NCBI GenBank assembly: GCA_045590155.1
Contig: JAZNQL010000005.1
Coordinates: forward strand, 1 to 63,016
Source: Clostridia bacterium
GTDB taxonomy: Bacteria; Bacillota; Clostridia; UMGS1883; UMGS1540
DNA length: 63,016 nt
Reading direction: 5' to 3'
Position 1 is the first letter of the stretch. Each line of letters opens with the position of its first letter. Below, in pieces: positions 18,694-30,690 of the stretch. The notes under the pieces are model-generated. The model ran no database searches, was not told the DNA's origin, and saw only the letters and a list, made by a program, of their open reading frames with translations. Made by a program: the position numbers and the translations under genes.

Positions 18694-19198
18694 CTGCAAG
18701 ATTTATAATTATTTTGTTTTTCTTTACTGCATAATTATATGCGGTAGCGGTTCCGCTTTTTGGCTGATAGCTTTTAAAATCTTTTTTACTGTTTTTTCGT
18801 TTTGGCGGGGCGTATGCATCTATAAAATAGCAGACGCAATGGGTGCTTTTATCTATCATTTCATTGTTTCGTTCAACATAAACTGCTTTGCCTGCGTTTT
18901 CAAGTTTTTCGGGATAATAGGTTCTGTCACAGTTTGCAAGAAGGTATTTTTCGTAAGTATCATTTATATACTGGAATTCAGCACGGATATAAACTCTATC
19001 GATATGGGAATATTTTTCTTTTTGTTCTGTTAAAACTTCACGGCACAAATCGTCAAACTCACTTTTACTGCCAAGATAAAATGTTTTTATATTTTCGCAA
19101 ACTATAAGCTTTTCTGTAATTTGCAAGAGTTTATTTTTCAATAAATCTTTATTTTTAATTTTTCGGTGTCCGAAGAAACAACAACCTTTTTGTTCCAT
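18689..19198 (-). CDS. SLOG-fold protein of the DUF1273/YpsA type
   Basis: 169 aa. The N-terminus MEQKGCCFFGHRK matches the CCF(T/F)GHR hallmark I recall for DUF1273. Size and alternating helix/strand pattern fit. RBS GGGGGAAG. There is no similarity-search confirmation. Confidence 0.7.
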   Translation of the reverse strand: MEQKGCCFFGHRKIKNKDLLKNKLLQITEKLIVCENIKTFYLGSKSEFDDLCREVLTEQKEKYSHIDRVYIRAEFQYINDTYEKYLLANCDRTYYPEKLENAGKAVYVERNNEMIDKSTHCVCYFIDAYAPPKRKNSKKDFKSYQPKSGTATAYNYAVKKNKIIINLAE

Positions 19199-19433
19199 AA
19201 CTTCCCCCTAAAACAAAAAATGCGTAGTCTACCCGAAAGCAGAGCTACGCATTAAAAAACGCAGGGACTCTGTTTCGAATGTTGCTACACACTTTTAACC
19301 ATAACATCTAAGCTTTAGCTCAAGGGTATGATGAAACAAGAGTGTACGCTTTTTACAAATAGCGTACCCCTTGAGCATAACTATATTCAATTAGATGGCT
19401 ACCTTTTTTTGGTAGCGGTTAAAAGTTGTAGCA
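19199..19433 (-). ncRNA. Structured leader or sRNA of unknown class (multi-helix domain 19283-19433 plus terminator 19211-19252) upstream of the SLOG gene
   Basis: Helices read directly from the sequence:
- 19433-19417 with 19283-19300 (17 bp, one bulge)
- 19398-19404 with 19412-19417
- 19391-19397 with 19305-19311
- 19368-19376 with 19318-19326
- 19361-19367 with 19344-19350

An ATGCGTAG/CTACGCAT hairpin follows, with a U6 tract on the minus strand. Confidence 0.5.
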
Positions 19434-19438
19434 TATAT

Positions 19439-19467
19439 AGTATATCACATTATTTTTTATTTTACAA
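19439..19467 (-). promoter_or_regulatory. Candidate promoter for the structured RNA: TTGTAA-17 nt-TATACT
   Basis: Minus strand reads TTGTAA (19467-19462), a 17-nt spacer, then TATACT (19444-19439). The predicted TSS coincides with the 5' end of the long helix, near 19433. Confidence 0.4.
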
Positions 19468-19496
19468 GTGAAAAGAAATGTTTCTTATACAAAAAC

Positions 19497-19563
19497 AGGC
19501 TTACCGAGCGGGAAGAAGGTAGCCTTAACAACAAAAAAAGAGGAAACTGAATGGGTTTCCTCT
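19497..19563 (-). terminator. Two tandem intrinsic terminators after jag
   Basis: The proximal one is AGAGGAAAC/GTTTCCTCT (19539-19563) followed by U7 on the minus strand, with T-runs on both sides. The distal one is AGGCTACC/GGTAAGCCT (19525-19497) followed by GTTTTTG. Confidence 0.75.
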
Positions 19564-19582
19564 TTTTTCTATTTCTTTTTTA

Positions 19583-20200
19583 TTATTTTTTGTAAGCTAC
19601 TACAATTTTACGGTTAGGTTCTTCTCCTATACTGTAAGTGCTTATATTATCGTAATCCTGAAGTGCCGAATGAATTATTCTTCTTTCATAAGGTGTCATA
19701 GGTTCGAGTGTTACATTACGTCTGTACTTTAAGGTTTTGTCTGCAATTTTCTTTGCAAGTCTTTTTAATGTTTCTTCACGTTTTTCTTTGTAATTTTCAG
19801 TATCAAGCAAAACTCTGCAACGTTCTTTTACCGAACGGTTTACAGCAAGGTTTGTAAGATACTGCAGGGATGTTAATGTTTCGCCTCTGTGGCCAATTAA
19901 AAGTCCCATATTTTCGCCCGATAAATCAATGTTAAGATTTTCGCCTTCTGTTTTTACATCTATTTTAACGAACATTCCCATTTTTTCGAAAATTCCGTAA
20001 AGAAAATCTTTTGCGATATCTTCTGCTAAAGCCTGTTTTTTTGTAACCTTTACGGTTGCTTCTTTACTTCCTATTCCCAAAAAGCCTTTGTTGCCTTCAT
20101 CAATAATTTCTATTTCGGCATCTTCTCTGTCAATCCCGGCTTCTTCAAGGGCTGCCGCAATAGCTTCTTCAACGGTTTTGCCGCTTTTAATTATTTCCAT
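19583..20200 (-). CDS. jag: RNA-binding protein Jag/KhpB (Jag-N, KH, R3H)
   Basis: The ORF track extends to 20251. I prefer the ATG at 20200, 1 nt after the yidC stop. The sequence MEIIKSGKTVEEAIAAALEEAGI is a typical Jag N-domain. The C-terminal R3H-like region reads LEPMTPYERRIIHSAL. Confidence 0.85.
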   Translation of the reverse strand: MEIIKSGKTVEEAIAAALEEAGIDREDAEIEIIDEGNKGFLGIGSKEATVKVTKKQALAEDIAKDFLYGIFEKMGMFVKIDVKTEGENLNIDLSGENMGLLIGHRGETLTSLQYLTNLAVNRSVKERCRVLLDTENYKEKREETLKRLAKKIADKTLKYRRNVTLEPMTPYERRIIHSALQDYDNISTYSIGEEPNRKIVVAYKK

Positions 20201-20201
20201 T

Positions 20202-21002
20202 TTATTTATCCTTTCCGTTTTTGTGTGAAATGTTTTCCACATCAATATCAACTTTAATAAATTTACTCAACAAATACTGCTGTATTACCTGCAATGCACT
20301 GCTTACAAACCAATAAAGCGATGCTGTTACCGGCATTGAATAAGTAAAAATAAGTGTCATCAAAGGCATAAATGTGTTCATTGATTTTGTCATCTGTTCT
20401 GCCTGATTTTCCTGGTCGGAGCCTGTACGCTTTTTAGGCTTGTTTTTTTCTGCCATTACCTGCGAAAGCTTTCCTGATGCCCATGTTGCAAGTGTTGCTA
20501 AAAGAGGAATAATCCAGTATCTGAAGTCTGCAACATTCTGTGGAGGTAAACCGAAAGCCGACGGTGCCTTTGACAAATCCATTGTAAGGAAGTCAAAATT
20601 CATACCAGCTTCAACTGCTTTTGCAATACCGTCGATTCTTGCAACATCTGCAAGACCTAAAACATATTTTGCAGGATTGTAAATTACGTTTACAAGACAG
20701 ATTATAATTACAAGCTGTATTATAAGAGGCAAACATCCGCTCATGGGGCTTGCATTATACTTTCTGTAAAGCTCCATAGTTTCGCGGCTTTGCCTTTCTT
20801 TATCGTTTTTATATTTTTGCTGAATTTCTAAAAGCTTTGGCTGAAGTGCCTGTGTTTTTGCCATTGATTTTTGCTGCTTTACACTTAAAGGTAAAAGTAA
20901 AATTCTTATAAGCAGCGTAAATAAAATTATTGCGACACCATAATTGCCGCAAAAATTATAAATCCACTGGATAATCATACCCAGAAAACGAGTGATTCCC
21001 AT
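20202..21002 (-). CDS. yidC: Membrane protein insertase YidC/SpoIIIJ
   Basis: 266 aa, polytopic, with a basic C-terminal tail. It sits in the conserved rnpA-yidD-yidC-jag order. Confidence 0.9.
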   Translation of the reverse strand: MGITRFLGMIIQWIYNFCGNYGVAIILFTLLIRILLLPLSVKQQKSMAKTQALQPKLLEIQQKYKNDKERQSRETMELYRKYNASPMSGCLPLIIQLVIIICLVNVIYNPAKYVLGLADVARIDGIAKAVEAGMNFDFLTMDLSKAPSAFGLPPQNVADFRYWIIPLLATLATWASGKLSQVMAEKNKPKKRTGSDQENQAEQMTKSMNTFMPLMTLIFTYSMPVTASLYWFVSSALQVIQQYLLSKFIKVDIDVENISHKNGKDK

Positions 21003-21017
21003 TTATATCTCCTTTTT

Positions 21018-21227
21018 TTATTTCAAAGGATCGTATCCTCCGGGGTTTAGGGGATTGCAACGAAGAATTCTCTTAATCGCTAAAAACGAGCCTTTGAATG
21101 CTCCATATTTTTCGACTGCCTGCAAAGCATATTCAGAACACGTGGGATAAAATTTGCAGGAAGGCTTTTTTAGCCTTGATAAATACTTTCTGTAAAAACA
21201 GATTAAATATACTAATATTTGTTTCAT
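21018..21227 (-). CDS. yidD: Membrane protein insertion efficiency factor YidD
   Basis: 69 aa containing [26 protein letters not shown], the YidD signature. Confidence 0.88.
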
Positions 21228-21559
21228 TTGTAAAGTCCGCTTTTTTTAAAAAGAAAATCAATAGCAGAGCCGATTTTATAAAAATCTGCCTCTGCCGCAC
21301 TTTTTCTGGCAACAAATACCAAATCATACCCCTTTGCGATTTTCCCCTCGCGAAGGCGGTAATTTTCGCGAATAAGACGTCTTATTCTGTTTCTTAAAAC
21401 AGCCTTACCCACTTTTTTGCTGACCGTAAGACCAAGGCGGTTTGTGCTCTGATTTCTTTTCTTGTAATAAAGAACTAAAACATCAGATACTACCGAACCG
21501 CCTTTATAATACAGTCCTTTAAATTCTTTGTTAAGTTTAATGGAAACAGTATTTTCCAT
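21224..21559 (-). CDS. rnpA: RNase P protein component
   Basis: 111 aa with the RNR motif [14 protein letters not shown]. It overlaps yidD by 4 nt and follows rpmH. Confidence 0.9.
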
Positions 21560-21693
21560 TATGCAGAGAGCACCTTTCTGCCTTTTCTTCTTCTTGCAGC
21601 GAGAACTTTACGTCCGTTTGCTGTGGACATTCTCTTTCTGAAACCGTGCTCCATTTTTCTGTGTCTTCTGCCGGGCTGATAAGTCTGTAACAT
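21559..21693 (-). CDS. rpmH: 50S ribosomal protein L34
   Basis: This gene is not in the ORF track because it is only 44 aa. AAGGAGG lies upstream of the ATG at 21693. Hand translation gives [44 protein letters not shown]. The stop overlaps the rnpA ATG (TAATG). Confidence 0.92.
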
Positions 21694-22105
21694 GTTGGCT
21701 GCACCTCCTTAAAGTTTACTTTTTACATACATTTGCCTGTACATATACGACTGAATTATATAAGAATATTCCCATTTTGTCAAATGTTTTTTAAAAAACC
21801 TGCCACTTTCTTTTGAAAAATCGACAAATTACAGAAAAAAAACTGTCGCTATATACTTTTTTATACTTCTTGCCTAAAATATATATTATATATAAATATA
21901 AATAAATATTTAACAGAAATTGTTGCAAATTTCAAAATTTTGTGATATCATTATAATTAAGTTTTAGTATGGGGGGATTTTCCTCTTATTTTACATAAAT
22001 TTTCCACACCCTCCATATTAGTGTTTTCAAGCAATTTTTAAGTTTTACACATTTATGTTTATAAAGTTTTAATCAGTTTACACACTTTTTGAAAGGATTT
22101 TTAAA
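21694..22105. other. oriC, rpmH-dnaA part: AT-rich unwinding-type stretch plus DnaA boxes
   Basis: A very AT-rich run spans roughly 21841-21960. DnaA-box-like 9-mers are TTTTCCACA (22000-22008), TTTTACACA (22043-22051) and GTTTACACA (22076-22084), against the consensus TTATCCACA. Confidence 0.7.
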
Positions 22106-23398
22106 ATGGAAAATGTTAAAAGCATCTGGGAGCAGGTTCTTCAGATGATAGAAGACGAAATAACACCTGTTGCGTATAGGACATGGTTTGTTCCTATAAA
22201 GCCAATTTCTATGAAGGATGGCGTTTTCGAGGTTGCGGTGTCAGACAATGTTCATCAATCAATGGTAAGCCGCCGTTATTCATCTTTAATAGAAAATATT
22301 CTGTACGAAATTACGGGTGCAGACTACGAGTTCTCGGTTATTCTTGAAGAGACAAAGCCTGTGCAGAAGGTTGTATCAAAAGAAAATCTGGGGCTTCCCT
22401 TAAACAAAAAATATACTTTTGATACTTTTGTTGTAGGTAATTCAAACAAATTTGCACACGCAGCTGCAGTTGCCGTTGCAGAAGCTCCCGCCACAGCGTG
22501 GAACCCTCTGTTTTTATACGGAGGAGTAGGTCTTGGAAAAACCCATCTTCTTCACGCTATCGGAAATTATATTAGCGAAAACAATCCCGATTTAAAGGTT
22601 ATGTATATAACTTCTGAAACATTTACAATAGACCTTATAAATTCTCTTAACGAAAAAAATAACGAAGAATTCCGTTCAAAGTATCGTTCTATTGACGTTT
22701 TGATGGTTGACGATATCCAGTTTATAGCAGGTAAAGACCGTACACAGGAAGAATTTTTCCACACATTCAACACTCTTTACAACGAAAATAAACAGATTAT
22801 TATAACAGCCGATAAGCCTGCCCGCAAAATTCAAGCACTTGAAGAAAGACTTGTATCACGCTTTGAATGGGGTCTTGCAGGAGATTTGTATTCTCCCGAC
22901 TTTGAAACAAGAGTTGCCATTTTAAAACAGAAGGCAGAGCTTGAAAATGTTGAAATATCAAACGATGTTATAATGTTTTTAGCCGAAAAGGTTGAATCAA
23001 ATATCCGTGAGCTTGAAGGTTATTTTAACAAAATAACAGCATACAAAAAGCTTACGGGAAACGAAGTTACCGTAAATGATATATTCAAAATAATTGATAT
23101 AACAAGACCTGCATTGAACGAAGACGTTATTTTGGACTGTTGTGCACGCTTTTATAATGTTTCGGCAGAAAATATTATGGGCAAAATAAGAACAGACGAA
23201 ATAACCCATGCACGTCATATTGTGATGTATCTTCTAAAAGAAATGATAGGAATGCCACAGCTTAAAATAGGAAAATTCATGAATAAAGATAACTCAACTG
23301 TTATTCACGGAATTAAAAAGATAAAAGAAGAACTTGAAACAAATCCTAAAACGAAATCGGAAATAGAAAATCTTAAAAAAGATATACGCGGTGAGTAA
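22106..23398 (+). CDS. dnaA: Chromosomal replication initiator DnaA
   Basis: 430 aa. It has Walker A (GGVGLGKTHLLHA), Walker B (VLMVDDIQF) and a C-terminal DNA-binding helix region (DNSTVIHGIKKI). Confidence 0.97.
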   Translation: MENVKSIWEQVLQMIEDEITPVAYRTWFVPIKPISMKDGVFEVAVSDNVHQSMVSRRYSSLIENILYEITGADYEFSVILEETKPVQKVVSKENLGLPLNKKYTFDTFVVGNSNKFAHAAAVAVAEAPATAWNPLFLYGGVGLGKTHLLHAIGNYISENNPDLKVMYITSETFTIDLINSLNEKNNEEFRSKYRSIDVLMVDDIQFIAGKDRTQEEFFHTFNTLYNENKQIIITADKPARKIQALEERLVSRFEWGLAGDLYSPDFETRVAILKQKAELENVEISNDVIMFLAEKVESNIRELEGYFNKITAYKKLTGNEVTVNDIFKIIDITRPALNEDVILDCCARFYNVSAENIMGKIRTDEITHARHIVMYLLKEMIGMPQLKIGKFMNKDNSTVIHGIKKIKEELETNPKTKSEIENLKKDIRGE

Positions 23399-23588
23399 AA
23401 TATGTAAAGTTGTAAAAAGTTTTCCACAAAATTATCAATACCTTTTTTGTTGATAATAAAAAAAGAAAATAAGATTTACACAGTTACCACACCCTCTACT
23501 GCTAATACTTATTTTAAATTATATATATAAAGCGTTTCCCGCTTTTTTACGGGTCAATTAAACGGTTAAAGTTTAAGGAGGATAAAAA
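23399..23588. other. oriC, dnaA-dnaN part: DnaA-box cluster
   Basis: TTTTCCACA (23420-23428), ATTTACACA (23473-23481) and GTTACCACA (23482-23490), followed by an AT-rich tract. Confidence 0.65.
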
Positions 23589-24701
23589 ATGATTTTTTCA
23601 TGTGAAAGACAAACAATATACGAAGCAGTCAATATTGTAATGAGAGCTTCGGCAGTTAAAAGTGCAAAGCCTGTTTTGGAAGGAATACTTATTTCTTCTG
23701 ATGAAAACAACCTTATTCTTTGTGCAAATAATCTTGAATATGCAATAGAATGTAAAATTCCTGCAGATATAAGAGAAGAAGGCTCGGTTGTATTCGATTC
23801 AAAAATTTTATTTGATATTATAAGAAGTCTTCCCGGAAATGAAATAAACTTCAATGTTGCTGAAAATCTTGTTACAAGAATTCAGAGCAATCAGTCTACC
23901 TATGATATTATGGGACTTGACCCCTCTGATTTTCCTGAACTGCCTGTAATAAGAGAACAGTCATCATTTACTATTGAACCCGAAATTTTAAAGGGTATGA
24001 TAAGACAAACAATTCATGCAGTATCAGTTAAAACAGAAAATCCTGTATTAACAGGTTCTCTTTTTGAAATTGAAAATAATGTTTTAACAGTTGTATCCCT
24101 TGACAGATTTAAGCTTGCAAAAAGAACGGAAGGTTTATCTTCGCCTGCGGAAAATGTTAAATTTATAGTTCCCGCAAAAACTCTTTCGGAAGTTTTAAAG
24201 ATTTTATCAGATGATTCAGGTCTTGTTAAAGTTTCTGTAAATGAAAAATATGTTCTTTTTGAGTTTGAAAATGTTAAGGTTTTTTCAAGACTTATTGAAG
24301 GCGAATATTTTAACTATAAAACAATTATACCTTCAGATTTCAAAATAAAAACCAAGGTTAATCTTTCGGATATCAAAGCTTGTGTTGAAAGAACAAATCC
24401 CATTGTTTCGGTAGACGTATTTAAAAATCCGATTATGATAACTGTTCATTATGACACAGTTACAATAGACTGTATGACAGCAACAGGCAAGGTTCACGAT
24501 GTATTTGATATTGAAAATTGCAATGCAGAAATTAAAATCTGCTTTAACCAGAGATATTTGCTTGAAGCTTTATCTTCATGTGAATGTGAAGAAATTTTAA
24601 TGGAATTCAATGGCGAACACAGTCCGTGTATTATAATACCGACAGAAGGAGATTCGTTCTTGCAGATGGTAATGCCCGTAAGAATGAAAAGTACTGACTG
24701 A
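23589..24701 (+). CDS. dnaN: DNA polymerase III beta sliding clamp
   Basis: 370 aa with AAGGAGG upstream. The size fits three clamp domains, and the C-terminus MPVRM is typical. The position after dnaA is canonical. Confidence 0.93.
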   Translation: MIFSCERQTIYEAVNIVMRASAVKSAKPVLEGILISSDENNLILCANNLEYAIECKIPADIREEGSVVFDSKILFDIIRSLPGNEINFNVAENLVTRIQSNQSTYDIMGLDPSDFPELPVIREQSSFTIEPEILKGMIRQTIHAVSVKTENPVLTGSLFEIENNVLTVVSLDRFKLAKRTEGLSSPAENVKFIVPAKTLSEVLKILSDDSGLVKVSVNEKYVLFEFENVKVFSRLIEGEYFNYKTIIPSDFKIKTKVNLSDIKACVERTNPIVSVDVFKNPIMITVHYDTVTIDCMTATGKVHDVFDIENCNAEIKICFNQRYLLEALSSCECEEILMEFNGEHSPCIIIPTEGDSFLQMVMPVRMKSTD

Positions 24702-24703
24702 TT

Positions 24704-24916
24704 ATGACAGAAATTAAATTAAGAGATGAATATATAAAGCTTGATCAGGCTTTGAAGGTTGCAAATTTAGTAAGCAGCGGAGGCGAAGCTAAAATTTTAA
24801 TTGCCGAAGGTAACGTATATGTCAACGGAGAAGTTGAAACAAGACGGGGCAAAAAATTAAGAGATGGAGATAAAATTACTTTATTCAGCGATGAAGTAAT
24901 GGTGGTTTCGGAATGA
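24704..24916 (+). CDS. S4-domain RNA-binding protein (B. subtilis YaaA type)
   Basis: 70 aa with the S4 motif (LDQALKVANLVSSGGEAK..V.VNGE..RRGKKL). It sits in the conserved slot between dnaN and recF. Confidence 0.85.
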   Translation: MTEIKLRDEYIKLDQALKVANLVSSGGEAKILIAEGNVYVNGEVETRRGKKLRDGDKITLFSDEVMVVSE

Positions 24917-25973
24917 AGCTTGAAAATTTAAAGCTTGTAAATTTCAGAAATTATGAGTCACTTTCTATTGATTTTAATGACGGAATAAATATAATTTACG
25001 GAAAAAATGCCGCAGGAAAAACAAATATACTTGAAGCTGCATCATTATTTTCATCAGGAAGAAGCTTTAGGGTAAAAAATGAAAAGGACCTCATACTTTT
25101 TGAAAAGGATTTTTCTAAAATAAATATAACTTTTGAAGCTCAAAAAAGAAAAAATACGGCTGAAATGATAATTTCAGACAAAAAAAAGCTTATAAAAATA
25201 AATGAAGTTCCTCTTGAAAGAACAAGCGAGCTTTTAGGATTTTTTTCATCTGTATTATTTTCTCCCGAAGAAATTTCTTTAATATCGGGTTCGCCTGAAG
25301 GAAGAAGGTCATTTTTAAATTTATATATAAGCTCACAAAGACCTTCATATTACAGCTCTTTAAAAAACTATAAAAAGATTTTAAAACAAAAAAATATACT
25401 TTTAAAACAAGGCGATAACGGAACTTTATCGTTATGGAACGAAAAGCTTGCCGAAAACGGTGCAAGAATAATGCTGTTCCGTAAAAAATTTATAGATGAG
25501 CTTATTCCTTATGCCGCACAGTTTCATAAAGAAATATCGGGCGATGAATTTACAATAAAATATAATACTTCTTTTGCCTGGGATAAAACAGAAACAAAGG
25601 AAGAGCTTTACGAAAAGTTCTTAAATGCAATAGAAAAGAAAAAAGAAGCTGAAATGGCACTTGGTGCATCCCTTGTAGGTCCGCACAGAGATGATATGGA
25701 ATTTATTATAAACGGAAAAAGTGCTATGAATTTTGCATCTCAAGGACAACAGAGAACAGCAGTTATATCTTTAAAAATAGCACAAACACAAAAAATTAAA
25801 GATTTAACGGGCGAATATCCAATACTGCTTCTTGATGATATAATGAGCGAGCTTGACAGCAGACGGCGAGATTTTTTGGTTAATAAAATAAAAGATATGC
25901 AGGTAATAATAACCTGCACAGACCCTATAAAATCCGAAAATGCAAAATATTTTAAAGTATCGGAGGGAAGGGT

Positions 25974-25983
<10 letters not shown>
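24913..25983 (+). CDS. recF: DNA replication/repair protein RecF
   Basis: 356 aa with Walker A (GKNAAGKTNILEA), the signature SQGQQRT and Walker B (LLLDDIMSELD). Confidence 0.95.
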
Positions 25984-28150
<2,167 letters not shown>

Positions 28151-28166
28151 GCGAGGTTAAATAAAT

Positions 28167-30689
28167 ATGGTTAAGAAAAAATACGAAGATTCACATTTTG
28201 AAGAGTATATTGATACTCAAACAATTGTTAATGTAGATATTGAAAAAAGAATGAAGGAAGCTTTCATAGATTATGCTATGAGCGTTATTGTAAGCCGTGC
28301 TCTGCCAGATGTAAGAGACGGTTTAAAGCCCGTTCACAGAAGAATTTTATATGCTATGAACGAAGAGCATTTAACTGTTGATAAGCCATTTTTCAAATCA
28401 GCTACCACAGTTGGTAATGTTATAGGTAGATACCACCCACACGGCGATGCTTCGGTTTATGATGCAATGGTAAGAATGGCACAGGATTTCTCGCTTCGTT
28501 ATCCTTTGATTGACGGTCACGGAAACTTTGGTTCTATTGACGGCGACCCCCCTGCTGCTTACCGTTACACAGAAGCAAGAATGAGCAAGCTTTCAAACCT
28601 TATGCTTGAAAATATCGAAAAAGATATGGTTGATTTTGCTCCAAACTTTGACGAAAAAAGAAGAGAACCTGTTGTTTTGCCTACCCGTATTCCAACCCTT
28701 TTAATAAACGGCAGCTCGGGTATAGCAGTTGGTATGGCAACAAATATTCCCCCTCATAATTTAACCGAAGTTTTAAACGGTGCTATGGCTCTTATTGATA
28801 ACCCCGATATTACCGTGGAAGAGCTTATGGAATATATAAAGGGACCTGACTTCCCCACCAAAGCTTCAATTATGGGAAGAAGCGGAATAAGAAGTGCATA
28901 TAACACAGGTAAAGGCAAGGTTATAATCCGTGCAAAAACAGAAATTATTGAACATAAAAACGGAACATCTTCTATTATAGTTACGGAACTTCCCTACCAG
29001 GTAAACAAGAAAATGCTTGTTGAATCAATAGCAGACCTTGTAAAAGAAAAGAAGATTGAAGGCTTGCAGGATATTGAAGACCATTCCTCTGACCGTGTCG
29101 GCATCCGACTTGAAATTCAGCTTAAAAAGGATGCAAACCCGCAGGTTGTTTTAAATCAGCTTTTCAAGTTTACAAGATTGCAGGACAGCTTCTCAATAAA
29201 TATGATTGCCATTGTTAACGGTAAACCCAAAATAATGGGACTTAAAGAAGTTTTAGAGCATTATGTAAAATTCCAGGGCGAAATTGTTACAAGAAGAATT
29301 AAGTTCGACCTTGACAAAGCACTGGCAAGAATGCATATATTGGAAGGCTTGCGTATTGCTCTTAGTAATATCGACGAAATTATTGCAGTAATACGAAATG
29401 CTTACGATGACGCAAAAGAACAGTTGATGGCTAAATTTGAATTTTCTGAAATTCAAGCACAGAGCGTTTTGGATATGAAACTCTCGCAATTACAAAGATT
29501 AAACGGCGAAAAAATCGAAAATGAATATGATGAGCTTTTGGAAAGAACAGAAGAATTCCGTGCTCTTTTGGCAGACGAGCATAAGCTTTATGAGCTTATT
29601 AAGGAAGAACTTTGCGAAATCCGTGACAAATACGGCGACGAAAGACTTACATCAATTGAAGCCGCAGTTACAGATATTGAAGACGAAGATTTAATCGAAG
29701 AGGAAGAATGTGTTTATACATTAACTCATTTCGGTTACATTAAGCGTCAGCCCGCAGATGTTTACAGAAGCCAAAGACGTGGCGGAAGAGGTATTGCAGG
29801 CTTAAGTACCCGTGAAGAAGATTTTGTTGAAACAATATTTACATCTTCAAGCCACTCTTATATTATGTTCTTTACAAACAGAGGCAGAGTTTACAGACTT
29901 AAAGGATACAGAATTCCTGAAGCAAGCCGTCATGCAAAGGGTACGGCTATTGTAAATCTTATTCCTTTGGAAAAAGACGAAAAAGTTACAGCTATGATAG
30001 ATATAAGAGAATTTGACCACGAAAAATATCTTATTATGGCTACAAAGAACGGTATTATAAAGAAAACAAGCCTTGCAGAATACGATTCAAACCGTAAAGG
30101 CGGAAGAATTGCAATAGGCTTAAATGACGATGACGAGCTTATCCGTGCAGCAGTTGTATCGGGCGATGATAATATTATTATAAGCACATATCTTGGTATG
30201 GCTATAAGATTTAAGGATTCTGATGTTCGTCCTATGGGAAGAACGGCTCACGGCGTACGTTCAATTAACTTAAAAGAAGGCGACAAAGTTATAGGTATGT
30301 GCGTATGCGATGACGACAGCGAACTTTTAGTTGTTACAGAAGGCGGATTTGGTAAAAAGACAGTGCTTTCCGAATACAAAATACAAAACCGCGGCGGCAA
30401 AGGTATGCGTACTTATAAAATAAGCGAGCAGACAGGTAATATAGCAGGCGTTTTAACTGTAAATAATGAAGAAGATATTATGCTCATAACAAGCGAAGGT
30501 GTTATTATAAGAATGGCAGTTGCCGATATTTCAAGTATAGGCAGAAGCACTAAAGGTGTAAAAGTTATGAGACTTTCTGACGGTGTTCAGGTTGTATCTG
30601 TTGCTGCAACAGAGCACGAAGAACCTGTGGAAGAAACAGAAGAAACTTCAGAAGGCGAAACAGAAAATGTGACAACTGAGGAGGTTTAA
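28167..30689 (+). CDS. gyrA: DNA gyrase subunit A
   Basis: 840 aa. It has the QRDR region ([17 protein letters not shown]), the catalytic [10 protein letters not shown] tyrosine, C-terminal beta-pinwheel repeats and an acidic tail. Confidence 0.97.
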
Positions 30690-30690
30690 T

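Noticed and set aside
18250-18699. 149-aa ORF antisense to engB ending in a poly-Ser run
   Set aside because: The poly-Ser run is simply the reverse complement of the engB poly-Glu tail. There is no independent support for the ORF.
19283-19433. Interpreting the 17-bp inverted-repeat-bounded 150-bp element as a MITE, or as a retron msr/msd
   Set aside because: There is no target-site duplication at the ends, the element occurs once in the window, and no reverse transcriptase is adjacent. The promoter and terminator geometry fits a transcribed leader better. MITE status can only be excluded with the whole genome.
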